Assembly (NCBI GenBank): GCA_024763215.1
Contig: JANTFX010000001.1
Span: forward strand, 27,816 to 91,815
Origin: Candidatus Krumholzibacteriia bacterium
GTDB taxonomy: Bacteria > Krumholzibacteriota > Krumholzibacteriia > LZORAL124-64-63
Direction: 5' to 3'
Length of the DNA stretch: 64,000 nt
In this document: in pieces, positions 27,393 to 38,010 of the stretch
How positions within the stretch are numbered: the first letter of the stretch is position 1
Layout: each line of letters starts with the position of its first letter
The notes under the pieces: model-generated
Database searches by the model: none
Told to the model about the DNA's origin: nothing
The model's input: only the letters and a program-made list of their open reading frames with translations
Made by a program: the position numbers and the translations under genes

Positions 27393-29902
27393 GATCCGTC
27401 GCGCACCTTCCTTCCCCGCCAGCCGGAAGCATCGCGCTGCAGCAGCCAGACCTGCCAGGTGTCACCCGTGTGAAGCTCCAACTGGTGGGTGGTCCCGTTT
27501 CCAGGCAATAGAACATCGTATAATGTTACCGAAGATCGCTCCTGCGGGCCAGCAAAGGTGGCGGCGGCATCCCCGACCGCAGGGGTGATATTCCCGTCCC
27601 ACAGGGCTCCGGTGATCTCGGCGACGGCAGGGGCGCCCGGAAGGGTCCTGACCAGGCTGGGCAGCGACAGGGTGGGGTAGGCGGCCCCCCGATCGGCCAG
27701 ATATCCCAGGATGCCCATGGCCAGAGCCGAAGCCTCGGCCCGCTGGTTGGCCGGCAGGCCCTCACGTATCTCGGCTGATGCATCGGGCAGGCCCGGCAAC
27801 TCGACCACCAGGGCGGGGCAATGGGTATGGCGCAGCAGGTAATCGGCACCCGCGCCGATGGCCAGGGAATCGGAGCCCACCCGCGCCCTGGTGAGCATGC
27901 CGGCGGTGGCCCGGGCCCAGGAACTGCCCCGGCTGCTGCCCGGGTAGTGGCGTATGGGCGCTGCGGCACCCGAGCCCCTCCTGCCGATGACCAGGAAAAG
28001 GTCGGCCCGGGCATCCCTGGCCAGCAGAACCTTGTCCGGCTCGTTCATCGTCATGTCGCCGGCGCGGGTCAGCAGCACGTGGGCGCCGGCACCTGTCAGA
28101 TAGGCCGCCGTCAGCTGCGCCACCTCCAGATTGAGGTCGGCGCCCCGCGTGCCCAGAGGGCCCTGGCCATCGGTTTCGGTGCCTCCGCCGCGGGGGTCGA
28201 TGACGACCGTCCGGCCCCATGCGTCCGGCTCCAGCAAGGTCGCCTGCAGGGGGCGCGGCTGCTGCGGGATGGCTTGGCCCTGCACATCGAGCAGCGGCAG
28301 CAGGCCGTCCCTTTCGAGCCAGGTTCCCGAGTCGGGAACCGCTGCGAATCCGTCCGGCACGAGGCCCGGATCCAGGCCTGGTGGCAGGGTGCCCAGGCGG
28401 TAGCGCCAGCGGTGCTGTGCGGTACCGCCGTGCTGCCCGGCGGGCAGCCCGCGGATCTCCTGCCAGTGCCAGGAACGCGGGAGGGTGCCCCTGGTGACCG
28501 CACAGGCGACGGTGTCGCCGCCGGCCGTCGGAATCCACAGGGCAGGCTTGCCCCACCAGGGCTCCGCGGGTCCGGCCAGCAGCCGGCCGCCTCCGGAAGA
28601 CGAGGCCACGTCGATGGTCGGGCCCTGGTCCCAGGCGAGGGTGCCGCCCGGGGAGTCCGTGGTCCCGGTCCGTTCCCATCCGATCAGCACGGCGCCGCGG
28701 TCGTCGGCTTCCCTCCAGAGCGAAACCCGCGGGGGGCGGGAGCCCGAAGGAAGGATCAGAACGGTGTCCGCTGGCGTGCTGCGGCCGGCCAGGTTCCGCC
28801 CCGAGATCACCAGGGGGCCGGCCTTCCGGCGCGAAGGTGGTGCCCAGGTCACCGTTCGGCCGTCGGGGCTCAGTGCGAAGGGCTGGGGGCGGCCGCCGAA
28901 TTCCACCCGGAAGGAGTCGGGGTCCGGGCCGGGCAACCCGGGTGCGGAGAAAACCTCGCCGCGGTGGCCGTGGTCCACCAGGAAGATCCAGGAAACCGTG
29001 GGTAGCTCGCCTTCGGCGGGCAAGGCGAGGCTGTCCGGTGCGCTCGTATGCCAGGCCGGGGCGCCCTGGGCGAAGTAATCCAGCAAGCCGAGGAAGTAGG
29101 CTTCGGCCTCCAGGCGCTGGCTGGCCGCCAGGGACAAGCGTCCGGCCATGACCGGATTGGAGAGCATGGCCGGTTCGCCCAGCACTGCAGGCACTGTGGC
29201 CTCGCGCAGGACGTGGAAATTCCCCGGCAGGATCTTGGCCGGGGTGATCTGGAGGTTCAGGGCCAGGTGGCGGTGGATGGCCCGGGCCAACTCCAGGGAA
29301 GCGCCCTCGTCACCGAGGCGGTAGTAGGTCTGGGTTTCATTGATGGTCGGGTCGCGGGAAGGGTTGCTGTTGTGATGAAGTGAAATGAATACATCAGGTT
29401 GCAGGGAGTCCATCATGGAAACCCTGAAGGCGAGATCGCTCGCCAGTGTGGTGTCGGCAGCGGTCAGGAAATCGCGGTCGGTGGTGCGGGTCATGACCAC
29501 GTCGGCTCCGGCCCACTCCAGCAGGCCGCGCAGGTAGAGGGCCACACCCAGGTTCACGTCCGCCTCGGCCAGACCGTTGGGGCCGACGGCGCCGCGGAAC
29601 TTCCCCCCGTGGCCAGGGTCCAGCATGATCAGGCGGCCGCGCAGGGGGGAGGGGTCGACGTCCCGCACATCCTCGATCATCTGGCGGTAGCCAGGCACAT
29701 CGGGTTCGGTGGAGGGGTGGGGTGGGGATCCGCAGCCAGCGAGGCCAAGGGCGGCAACCGCCAGGATACCGCAACGCAGTGGCAGACTGCGGCCGGATCT
29801 GCGCATTGGTTGGTGAGTGATCCTCATGAATGTTCCCCCGGGTCCCTGAGCCGCACCGGGCTCCTGTAACTGGTTGCGCGCGTCGTGGTCACCGTAAGCC
29901 AT
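27389..29902 (-). CDS. Tandem-domain N-acetylmuramoyl-L-alanine amidase (Amidase_3 x2) lipoprotein
   Basis: Lipoprotein signal (LAVAALGLAGCGS). Alternative starts lie at 29827 and 29806. Domain 1 has intact zinc ligands (DPGHGG, ...E..., SLHHNS). Domain 2 is recognisably Amidase_3, but the equivalent positions read DPRGGG and GRRGSG. Confidence 0.8.
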   Translation of the reverse strand: MAYGDHDARNQLQEPGAAQGPGGTFMRITHQPMRRSGRSLPLRCGILAVAALGLAGCGSPPHPSTEPDVPGYRQMIEDVRDVDPSPLRGRLIMLDPGHGGKFRGAVGPNGLAEADVNLGVALYLRGLLEWAGADVVMTRTTDRDFLTAADTTLASDLAFRVSMMDSLQPDVFISLHHNSNPSRDPTINETQTYYRLGDEGASLELARAIHRHLALNLQITPAKILPGNFHVLREATVPAVLGEPAMLSNPVMAGRLSLAASQRLEAEAYFLGLLDYFAQGAPAWHTSAPDSLALPAEGELPTVSWIFLVDHGHRGEVFSAPGLPGPDPDSFRVEFGGRPQPFALSPDGRTVTWAPPSRRKAGPLVISGRNLAGRSTPADTVLILPSGSRPPRVSLWREADDRGAVLIGWERTGTTDSPGGTLAWDQGPTIDVASSSGGGRLLAGPAEPWWGKPALWIPTAGGDTVACAVTRGTLPRSWHWQEIRGLPAGQHGGTAQHRWRYRLGTLPPGLDPGLVPDGFAAVPDSGTWLERDGLLPLLDVQGQAIPQQPRPLQATLLEPDAWGRTVVIDPRGGGTETDGQGPLGTRGADLNLEVAQLTAAYLTGAGAHVLLTRAGDMTMNEPDKVLLARDARADLFLVIGRRGSGAAAPIRHYPGSSRGSSWARATAGMLTRARVGSDSLAIGAGADYLLRHTHCPALVVELPGLPDASAEIREGLPANQRAEASALAMGILGYLADRGAAYPTLSLPSLVRTLPGAPAVAEITGALWDGNITPAVGDAAATFAGPQERSSVTLYDVLLPGNGTTHQLELHTGDTWQVWLLQRDASGWRGRKVRDGS

Positions 29903-29927
29903 GGCTGGTGATTTTCCCAGCCCGGGT

Positions 29928-31160
29928 TCAATCCCGATACAGGTCGGCCAGGCGTTCGGTGATGGACCGCCAGCTGAATTGTTCCTCGATGAGGCCGCGG
30001 GCGGCGGCCGAGCGCCGCCGGCAGGCGTCGAGGTCCGCGGCCGCGGCCAGCACGCTACCGGCGAAGGATTCGTCGCAGGGTGAGACGGCCAGGATCCGCG
30101 GGTCGGTGGTGATCCCCTCGGCCCCCACCGGGGAGGTCACCACGGGCAAGCCCCTGGCCATGGCTTCGAGGATCTTGATCTTGATGCCGCCGCCCTCGGT
30201 CAACGGGGCCACGAACAGCCGGCAGGATCCGAACAGCTCCGCCAGGTCGTCCACGAAACCCAGGGCCCGGACCCCGTCGGGCGCGGGGGCTTTGCGGTCG
30301 GCCAGGAATTGCCGTGAGCCCCTGCCCGCCAGCAGCAACAAGGCCTCCGGCCTGGCCCGGTGCACCTCGGGCCACACCCGCGTGAGCAGGAACTCGGCCG
30401 CGCTGCGGTTGGGCCGGTGCTGGAACGAGCCCAGGAACAGGTGGCGTTCCGGCGGCACGGGGTGCCAGGCGCAGGTGACAGCTGCGGTGTCCATGCCCAG
30501 GGGCATGGTGACGAGGTTGCGCCCGCCCATGGCCGCGTACAGGGCGTGGTCCTCGGGCGTGACGCACAGGGTCCGGTCGGCCCAGGTGCTGGCGGCCACC
30601 TGGTAACTCCGCCAGCGGGCGGCCTCGCGCCGATAGAGCCGGCGGGCCACCGGGTTGGCCGCCAGGCCGGCATGCCGGTCCCTGGGGACCGACCCCAGCT
30701 CGTGGCTGTTGAGGATCAGCCGGGGACGTGGTGCCGCGCCCCGCCAGCGCCGCAGATCCCGGCAGTACAACCCCATCTGCAGGTATTCGATCTGGATGGC
30801 GTCCGGGGCGAAGGCGGCCGCGGCAGCGCGGATGTGTGCGGCGGCCGACCGTGACCAGTACTTGCGGATGTAGAAGGGATGACCGGTTGCGGCGGCCGCG
30901 ACCGCGGCCAGCGCCCGGTCGGCAGCCAGCAGGACCTTCGCCGGGCCGGCGGCCCCCTTGTCCCGGAAGGGGATGCCCGCCACCTCGGCCCCCAGGTCCC
31001 TGACCTCGTCCTCCAGGCCTTCCTCGCCGGGGCGCAGCAGGGAGGCGACCAGCACCCGGTGCCGGCGGGCCAGCCAGGTGACCAGGTCCCGTACGGCGGT
31101 TCCGCCCCCGTGCCCCACCCGGCGGTGGGGGAGGTAGGGGGTCAGGATCATGATCTTCAT
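29928..31160 (-). CDS. Glycosyltransferase family 4 (GT-B, group 1)
   Basis: 410 aa. The C-terminal EX7E-type region (GGIKIKILEAMARGLPVVTSPVGAEG) is typical of GT4. Confidence 0.8.
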   Translation of the reverse strand: MKIMILTPYLPHRRVGHGGGTAVRDLVTWLARRHRVLVASLLRPGEEGLEDEVRDLGAEVAGIPFRDKGAAGPAKVLLAADRALAAVAAAATGHPFYIRKYWSRSAAAHIRAAAAAFAPDAIQIEYLQMGLYCRDLRRWRGAAPRPRLILNSHELGSVPRDRHAGLAANPVARRLYRREAARWRSYQVAASTWADRTLCVTPEDHALYAAMGGRNLVTMPLGMDTAAVTCAWHPVPPERHLFLGSFQHRPNRSAAEFLLTRVWPEVHRARPEALLLLAGRGSRQFLADRKAPAPDGVRALGFVDDLAELFGSCRLFVAPLTEGGGIKIKILEAMARGLPVVTSPVGAEGITTDPRILAVSPCDESFAGSVLAAAADLDACRRRSAAARGLIEEQFSWRSITERLADLYRD

Positions 31161-31216
31161 GAGCTCACGCCCGGCCCGGCGGGGCCGGCGGGAGGATCAG
31201 GATCGGGCGGGGAATC

Positions 31217-31501
31217 TCAGAAGGCCACATAACCGCGGGCCACGGCGAGGTCTTCCTTCTTGCGCTCCAGCTCGATTTCCCATTCGGTGGAGCCTTCCTC
31301 GAGGTTGGGTTTGGTCCTGAGCAGGAAAGCGGTGGCTTCCTCGTCGATCTCGTCCTCGACCTTGAGGTCCCTGAGGATCAGGTTCTCGACCAGATGCCGG
31401 AAATCGGTCTCGGCGATCTCCAGGTCGATGATCTCCTCGTCCAGCAGGCGGTCACAGATCCGGCGGGCCAGCACCGCGACGCGTTCTTCGGTCAGTCGCA
31501 C
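31217..31501 (-). CDS. DUF507 family protein (paralog 1)
   Basis: 94 aa, acidic and helical. Shares the pattern I..L..K....L.........A.DE..DL...EDEID.EA with its neighbour. Confidence 0.6.
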   Translation of the reverse strand: MRLTEERVAVLARRICDRLLDEEIIDLEIAETDFRHLVENLILRDLKVEDEIDEEATAFLLRTKPNLEEGSTEWEIELERKKEDLAVARGYVAF

Positions 31502-31514
31502 CAGATTCCTCCGT

Positions 31515-31796
31515 CTACAGGGTGAAGTTCCGCTTGCGGGCGATCTCGCGCTTCATCTTGTTGCGCAGGGCGCCCACATCCATGTCCATGGCCCGGATCT
31601 CCTCGACGTTCTGGCTGATGAGGGCTTCCACCTCGGCGTCGATCTCGTCCTCGGCCTTCATGTTCTCCATCATGGCGTCGTCCGCGGCCCGCACCAGCAG
31701 ATCCTCGTTGGCCAGGATGTGGATATGGGGGTGGGCCTGGATCATCTTGAGGATCTTGTCCGAAAGGTATTCGATCTTGTGTTTGCTGAGCCTCAA
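31515..31796 (-). CDS. DUF507 family protein (paralog 2)
   Basis: 93 aa. Tandem paralog of the DUF507 gene at 31217..31501, with the same acidic EDEIDxExE core. Confidence 0.6.
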   Translation of the reverse strand: MRLSKHKIEYLSDKILKMIQAHPHIHILANEDLLVRAADDAMMENMKAEDEIDAEVEALISQNVEEIRAMDMDVGALRNKMKREIARKRNFTL

Positions 31797-32069
31797 TCCA
31801 TCCTCCGCGAAAGGTGGGGGCGCCCGGGCGACCAGCGCCCGGGGACCGCTTGGCGTCGATGTAAAAACCAGCGCTTATTGAAAGACTTTTCCCTTGGCTT
31901 GGCAAGGAAAAAGGGTCGGCGTATTGTGGGGCGGAACGCCGGGAGCTCCCGCCGGACGAAATATGGGAACCCGGAGCCGGACCTGGCCGTTTCATGCGGC
32001 TGTCGAGGGATGCGAAACGTGGGTGGGGTGAGGGTTGTGACCGGACGCCCCGGGCAGTGGAAGGTAGCC

Positions 32070-33055
<986 letters not shown>

Positions 33056-33056
<1 letters not shown>

Positions 33057-33976
33057 TGCGGCCGGTGCGCAGGCAGAAGACGGACCGCATCCCGCCGGAA
33101 ATCCTCGCCGCCGTGCGCAGGATAGAGATCCGGACGCGGCGTTTGGTGGAGGAGGTCTTCTCGGGAGAGTACCAGTCGGTGTTCAAGGGCACGGGCATGG
33201 AATTCCGCGAGGTGCGGGAGTACGTGCCCGGGGATGACATCAGAACCATCGACTGGAACGTGACCGCGCGTACCGGCCAGCCGTTCGTCAAGATCTACGA
33301 GGAGGAGCGCGAACTGACGGTGATCCTGGCGGTGGACATGAGCCGCAGCGGATGGTTCGGCTCCGGCGGGGTCTTCAAGGTCGAGGTGGCCGCCGAGCTT
33401 TGCGGTGTGCTGGCGTTCGCGGCCATCGCCAACAAGGACAAGGTGGGGCTGATCCTGTTCAGCGACGAGGTCGAGAAGTTCATCCCGCCGGCCAAGGGCA
33501 AGAGCCATGTGCTGCGCCTGATACGCGAATTGCTGACCTTCCGGCCCGCCGGTACCGGGACCGATCTCAACGCCCCCTTGCAGCTGCTGGGGTCGGTCTT
33601 CAAGCGCCGGGCCACGGTGTTCCTGGTCTCGGATTTCTGGGCCCGGGATTTCGATGTGAGCCTGTCGGTCATGGCGCGCCGGCACGACATGGTGGCGGTC
33701 CGGATCCGGGACCCCCGGGAGACGAGCCTGCCTGAGGTGGGGCTGGTGGAGTGGCGGGACGCCGAGACGGGGGACCGGATGGTGGTCGACACCGCCGATC
33801 CGCGGCTGGTCGCCGAGCTGGCGAGCCGGGCCGCGGTCCGGGACCGCGATCTTGAGCATCTGCTGGCCTCGCGGGGGGTGGACCTTGTGGATGTCGAGGC
33901 CGGAAGCGGTTACGTGGAGCCGTTGCGGCAGTTCTTCCTGCGCCGTGAGGGGCGGCGGTTGAGGGGGCGGGCTTGA
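33056..33976 (+). CDS. DUF58 domain protein (MoxR partner with a vWA-like fold)
   Basis: Start overlaps the moxR stop. The typical DUF58 block EFREVREYVPGDDIRTIDWNVTAR. Confidence 0.85.
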
Positions 33977-35094
33977 ACAGGCGGAGCATCAGGTACCGGA
34001 TCCTGTGGGTGGGCCTGTGGCTGCCGGCCCTCTGTGCCGCTGCGTACGCCGGGAATCAGCCGGTGGGATCTGCGACCGCGCCTGCGCCCACTGATACGGC
34101 CGTGGCGACCCTGGCCTGGCCGGCTGGGGGCCCTGGTCCGGAACGCCTGCTGGTCTGGCCCGATTCCCTGTTGCTGGGCCAGGTGCTGACGGTGGGGGTG
34201 GACATCGCCGGTCCGGTTCCGGGGAAGCTCGACTCCCTGCTCCAGGCGGATAGGCCGTGGCTGGCGCCCGACCGCAATGGTGGCGCCGTGGAGGGGGCGC
34301 AGGTGGCAAAGCCGGGTTCGGTTGCCGGCCTGCCGGACAGCTGGCCATCGGTGCCGGAGGGCAAGACGCGCCTGATCCGCAGGTTCCGCGTCTACGGCCT
34401 GGACCCGTTCCGGGTCGCCCTGGGAGACCGCTCCTCGCCGGTGGTCCGGGTCGGCCGCCGCCTGGCCGGAGGCGGGAACCTGGCGCCGGTCCGCGATCCC
34501 CGGCCCCTGGGCTGGAGCCCGGCCCGGTGGTTGCTGTGGACCGTGGGCGCCGTCCTGCTTGCGCTGTGCTCATGGTGGTGGTGGCGGCGCCGGAAAAGGG
34601 CCGGACGCCCCCTGCCCCGGGCGGCCTTGCCGTTGCCGGGGTGGCTGGAGGCGGCCTGCGGGCTGGAGGACCTGCTGGCCGAGGGTTGGCTGGAGCGGGG
34701 CGAGCATCACCGTTTCCTGGACGGTCTGGCGGGGCTGATCCGCGGTTACCTTTCGGGACGCTACCTGATCGGCGCCCGCCAGATGACCGCCCCGGAGATC
34801 TTGGCCGCCTGCCGGGACAGAGGCTATGACACCGGGCCGGTTCGCCAGCTGGTGGCGGTGATGACCGAGGCGGACCGGTCCCGTTACCAGCCCCGCGCGC
34901 TCAGGGGGGAGGATTGCCGCCGCTGGGCCGCGGCCTTTTTCCGGATCATGGCCGCCTGCCGCATCATGCCGGTCTTCACGCCGGTTCCGGCGGAGCTTTC
35001 CTTGCGGGCGGGCAAGGCCTGGTCGCACCTGGATCGGGAACTCGCCTCCGAGGCTGTTGAGCCCGAGGCCCTGCGGACCGGGGAGGTCGGCTGA
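33973..35094 (+). CDS. Hypothetical single-pass membrane protein of the Bat operon (possibly DUF4381-like)
   Basis: Signal peptide, then a TM segment followed by a basic cluster (WLLWTVGAVLLALCSWWWWRRRKR), then a cytoplasmic domain. Translationally coupled to both neighbours. Confidence 0.5.
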   Translation: MNRRSIRYRILWVGLWLPALCAAAYAGNQPVGSATAPAPTDTAVATLAWPAGGPGPERLLVWPDSLLLGQVLTVGVDIAGPVPGKLDSLLQADRPWLAPDRNGGAVEGAQVAKPGSVAGLPDSWPSVPEGKTRLIRRFRVYGLDPFRVALGDRSSPVVRVGRRLAGGGNLAPVRDPRPLGWSPARWLLWTVGAVLLALCSWWWWRRRKRAGRPLPRAALPLPGWLEAACGLEDLLAEGWLERGEHHRFLDGLAGLIRGYLSGRYLIGARQMTAPEILAACRDRGYDTGPVRQLVAVMTEADRSRYQPRALRGEDCRRWAAAFFRIMAACRIMPVFTPVPAELSLRAGKAWSHLDRELASEAVEPEALRTGEVG

Positions 35095-36080
35095 TGGAAC
35101 TGGCCCGCCCCTGGCTGTTGTCGTTGATCGTGCCGGTGGTGCTGGTGGTCTGGCATCGGTTGCGGTCCAGGGGGATGGCCCCGGTGGTCCGGCACGCCGA
35201 CCTGTCGCTGCTGGCCGGGACCAGACCGTCGCTGAGGGTGCGGGTGCACCGTCTTTTGCCGCTGCTTTCGGGGCTGGCCATGATCCTGCTGGTGCTCGGG
35301 GCGTCCGGGCCGCGCATCGCCCACCACAGCGAGACGGTCAAGGGCCGCGGCATCGACATCGTGCTGGCGCTGGATATCAGCGGCAGCATGCGTTCCCTGG
35401 ATTTCCAGCCCAAGGACCGCCTCGAGTCGGCCAAGGACGTGATCAGGGGGTTCATCGCCGGCCGGCCCCACGATCGCATCGGCCTGGTCCTGTTCGCGGC
35501 CAAGGCCTTCACCCAGTGCCCCCTGACCCTGGACCACCCCGTGCTGACCGGTTTTCTGGACGAGGTCCAGGTGGGTCTGATCGACGACGGGACGGCCATC
35601 GGGCTGGGCCTGGCCACCGCGGTCTCGCGCCTGAAGCATTCGGACTCTCCCAGCAAGACGGTGATCCTGCTCACCGACGGGGCCAACAACATCCCCACCC
35701 TGGAGCCGGAGACCGCCGCGGACCTGGCCAAATCCCTGGGGGTGCGGGTCTATACGGTGGCCATCGGCAAGGAGGGGCTGGTCCCCTATCCGGTGGACGA
35801 TCCCTTCTTCGGCCGCCGCACGCGCCAGGTGGAATCCCACCTGGATCTGGATCTGCTGCGCCGGATCGCCGCCAAGACCGACGGCCGGATGTTCCAGGCC
35901 ACCAGCGCGGACATGTTGAAGCAGATCTTCGGGACCATCGACAAGCTGGAGACGGCGCGGTACGAGACGGTGGTCAGCACCTGGTACCGGGAGCTGGTGG
36001 GCTGGTGTCTGATCCCGGCTGTGCTGATGGTGCTGCTGGAGGTCCTGTTGCAGGTGACGTGGGTAAGGAGATTGCCTTGA
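35094..36080 (+). CDS. batA: BatA-like vWA-domain membrane protein
   Basis: An N-terminal TM, the vWA MIDAS motif DISGSM and a C-terminal TM. Confidence 0.85.
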   Translation: MELARPWLLSLIVPVVLVVWHRLRSRGMAPVVRHADLSLLAGTRPSLRVRVHRLLPLLSGLAMILLVLGASGPRIAHHSETVKGRGIDIVLALDISGSMRSLDFQPKDRLESAKDVIRGFIAGRPHDRIGLVLFAAKAFTQCPLTLDHPVLTGFLDEVQVGLIDDGTAIGLGLATAVSRLKHSDSPSKTVILLTDGANNIPTLEPETAADLAKSLGVRVYTVAIGKEGLVPYPVDDPFFGRRTRQVESHLDLDLLRRIAAKTDGRMFQATSADMLKQIFGTIDKLETARYETVVSTWYRELVGWCLIPAVLMVLLEVLLQVTWVRRLP

Positions 36081-36096
36081 GCGGAGGCTGCCGACC

Positions 36097-38010
36097 ATGA
36101 AGTTCGCCCGGGAGATATGGTTGTACGCGGTGCCCCTGGTGCCGGTGCTGTGGCTGCTGCTGCGGTGGGGCGACCGCCGGTCGCGCTCGCGTCTGCAAAG
36201 GCTGCTGGGAACCCTGGGCTACGCCCACATCGAAGAAGACCACCCCCGCGTGCGCGCCTGGAGCCGGTTCCTGCTGCTGGCCGGGATCTTCTGGCTGCTG
36301 CTGGCGGCAGCCAGGCCCCAGTGGGGCGCCAGCGAGGTCACGGTCACCCAGCGGGGTTCGGACATCGCCGTGGCCCTGGATATCTCCAATTCCATGCTGG
36401 CCCAGGATGTGGTCCCGGACCGGATCAGCCGTGCCAAGGGGGAGCTCGACTCGTTCCTGGACCGCCTCACCGACAGCCGCATCGGTCTGGTCTTCTTCGC
36501 CGGTTCGGCCTTCGTCCAGTGCCCCCTGACCCTGGATTATGCCACCGCCCGCATCTTCCTGGACATGGCGGGGCCGGACATGCTTTCGGAGCAGGGCACC
36601 GCCATCGCCGCGGCTCTCAAGACGGCCCATGAGCTGCTGACCAGGGGCAGGGGGGACCAGCCGCCGGGTTTCCAGGCCATCCTGCTGGTGACCGATGGGG
36701 AGGATCTGGAAGGCGACTGGGAGGCCGAGGCGAAGCGGTGCCTGGACGACGGCATCCGCATCATCCCGGTGGGCGTGGGGACGGCCGAGGGGGGGCTGAT
36801 CCCGGTGACCGACGACAAGGGCCAACCCGCGGGGTTCATGAAGGGGCAGGACGGGTCGGTGGTCATGAGCCGCCTCGACATGGCATCGCTGGAGAAGCTG
36901 GCCGCCCTGAGCGGCGGCAGCGCCTTCCGCATCGGGGTGGACGGCCTGGCAGGGGACAAGCTTTTCGCCGAGCTGGCGCGCCTGGGCAAGCGGGACCTGC
37001 AGGACAGGCGGATTTCCGCCTACAAGGAACGTTACCTGTGGCCGCTGCTGCTGGCGTTGATCTGCTTCTGGGCCCGCTGCCTGCTGGAGGCGGGCTGGAG
37101 CCGCCAGCGCGGCGGCGCCCTGGCGCAGAAGGGGGCCCTGCTGCTATTGCTGCCGGTGTTCCTGACCGGCGGTCAGGCCTCGGCCGGGATCGTCACGCCC
37201 CAGGCCGAAGCCATGGCCAGGGGCCGCCAGGATTACCTCAAGCAGGACTACCAGGGAGCCCTGTCGGAATTCGGGGCCGCCCTGGTGCATGATCCGGATA
37301 ATCCGCGCATCAGCCTGGCTTTGGGGGAGGCGCTCAGCCGGCTGAAGAAATACGACGATGCGGTGCGGGAATTCGGACGCACCCTGGAGTTGACGGACGA
37401 TCCGGCGCTGAAGGCGGAGGCCCTCTACAACGCCGGCACCACCCTGCTGGCGGCCGGGAAGGCCCAGGACGCGGTCTCCCGGCTGAAGGAGTCCCTGGCC
37501 CTGGATCCCGACCAGCCCGATGCCCTGGCCAACCTTGAACAGGCCCTGGAGCTTTTGCGGCAGCAGCAGCAACAGCAGAAGGATCAACAGCAGAAGCAGC
37601 AGGACCAGAACCAGGACCAGCAGAAAAAGGACAAGCAGCAGGACCAGTCCAAGGATCAGCAACAGAAGCAACAGCAGGAGCAGGGGCAGCAGGACCGGCA
37701 GCAAAATGACAACCGGCAGGACCGGCAACAGCAGCAGCAGGAGCAGCAGCAGGAACAGCAGGACCAGCAGAAGCAACAGGAGCATCAGAAACAACAGGAG
37801 CAGAAAGAGCAGCAGAAGCAGCAGGATCAGGACAAGCAGCAGCCGCAGGCCTCCGAGGGGAAGAAGAACCCGCAGCAGGGGGATGAGGATCTGGACAGGG
37901 AGCACGCCCTGCAGGTCCTCAAGGCCCTGGATCGGGATGAGCAGGAGCTGAAGCGGTCGGTCCAGAAGCGTCTCAAGGGCGGAAAACCAAGGAGCGGGAA
38001 ACGGTGGTAA
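36097..38010 (+). CDS. batB: BatB/BatC fusion: a vWA domain, a TPR domain and a long Gln-rich low-complexity tail
   Basis: MIDAS DISNSM. TPR repeats (ALGEALSRLKKYDDAVREF..., EALYNAGTTLLAAGKAQDAV). Then about 100 aa of QQ/K/D/E low complexity. Confidence 0.85.
   Translation: MKFAREIWLYAVPLVPVLWLLLRWGDRRSRSRLQRLLGTLGYAHIEEDHPRVRAWSRFLLLAGIFWLLLAAARPQWGASEVTVTQRGSDIAVALDISNSMLAQDVVPDRISRAKGELDSFLDRLTDSRIGLVFFAGSAFVQCPLTLDYATARIFLDMAGPDMLSEQGTAIAAALKTAHELLTRGRGDQPPGFQAILLVTDGEDLEGDWEAEAKRCLDDGIRIIPVGVGTAEGGLIPVTDDKGQPAGFMKGQDGSVVMSRLDMASLEKLAALSGGSAFRIGVDGLAGDKLFAELARLGKRDLQDRRISAYKERYLWPLLLALICFWARCLLEAGWSRQRGGALAQKGALLLLLPVFLTGGQASAGIVTPQAEAMARGRQDYLKQDYQGALSEFGAALVHDPDNPRISLALGEALSRLKKYDDAVREFGRTLELTDDPALKAEALYNAGTTLLAAGKAQDAVSRLKESLALDPDQPDALANLEQALELLRQQQQQQKDQQQKQQDQNQDQQKKDKQQDQSKDQQQKQQQEQGQQDRQQNDNRQDRQQQQQEQQQEQQDQQKQQEHQKQQEQKEQQKQQDQDKQQPQASEGKKNPQQGDEDLDREHALQVLKALDRDEQELKRSVQKRLKGGKPRSGKRW
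37557..37850 (+). repeat. CAG/CAA-rich coding microsatellite-like tract encoding the poly-Q/K/D/E region of BatB
   Basis: Dense cagcag/cagaag repeats, visible directly in the nucleotide sequence. Confidence 0.8.
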
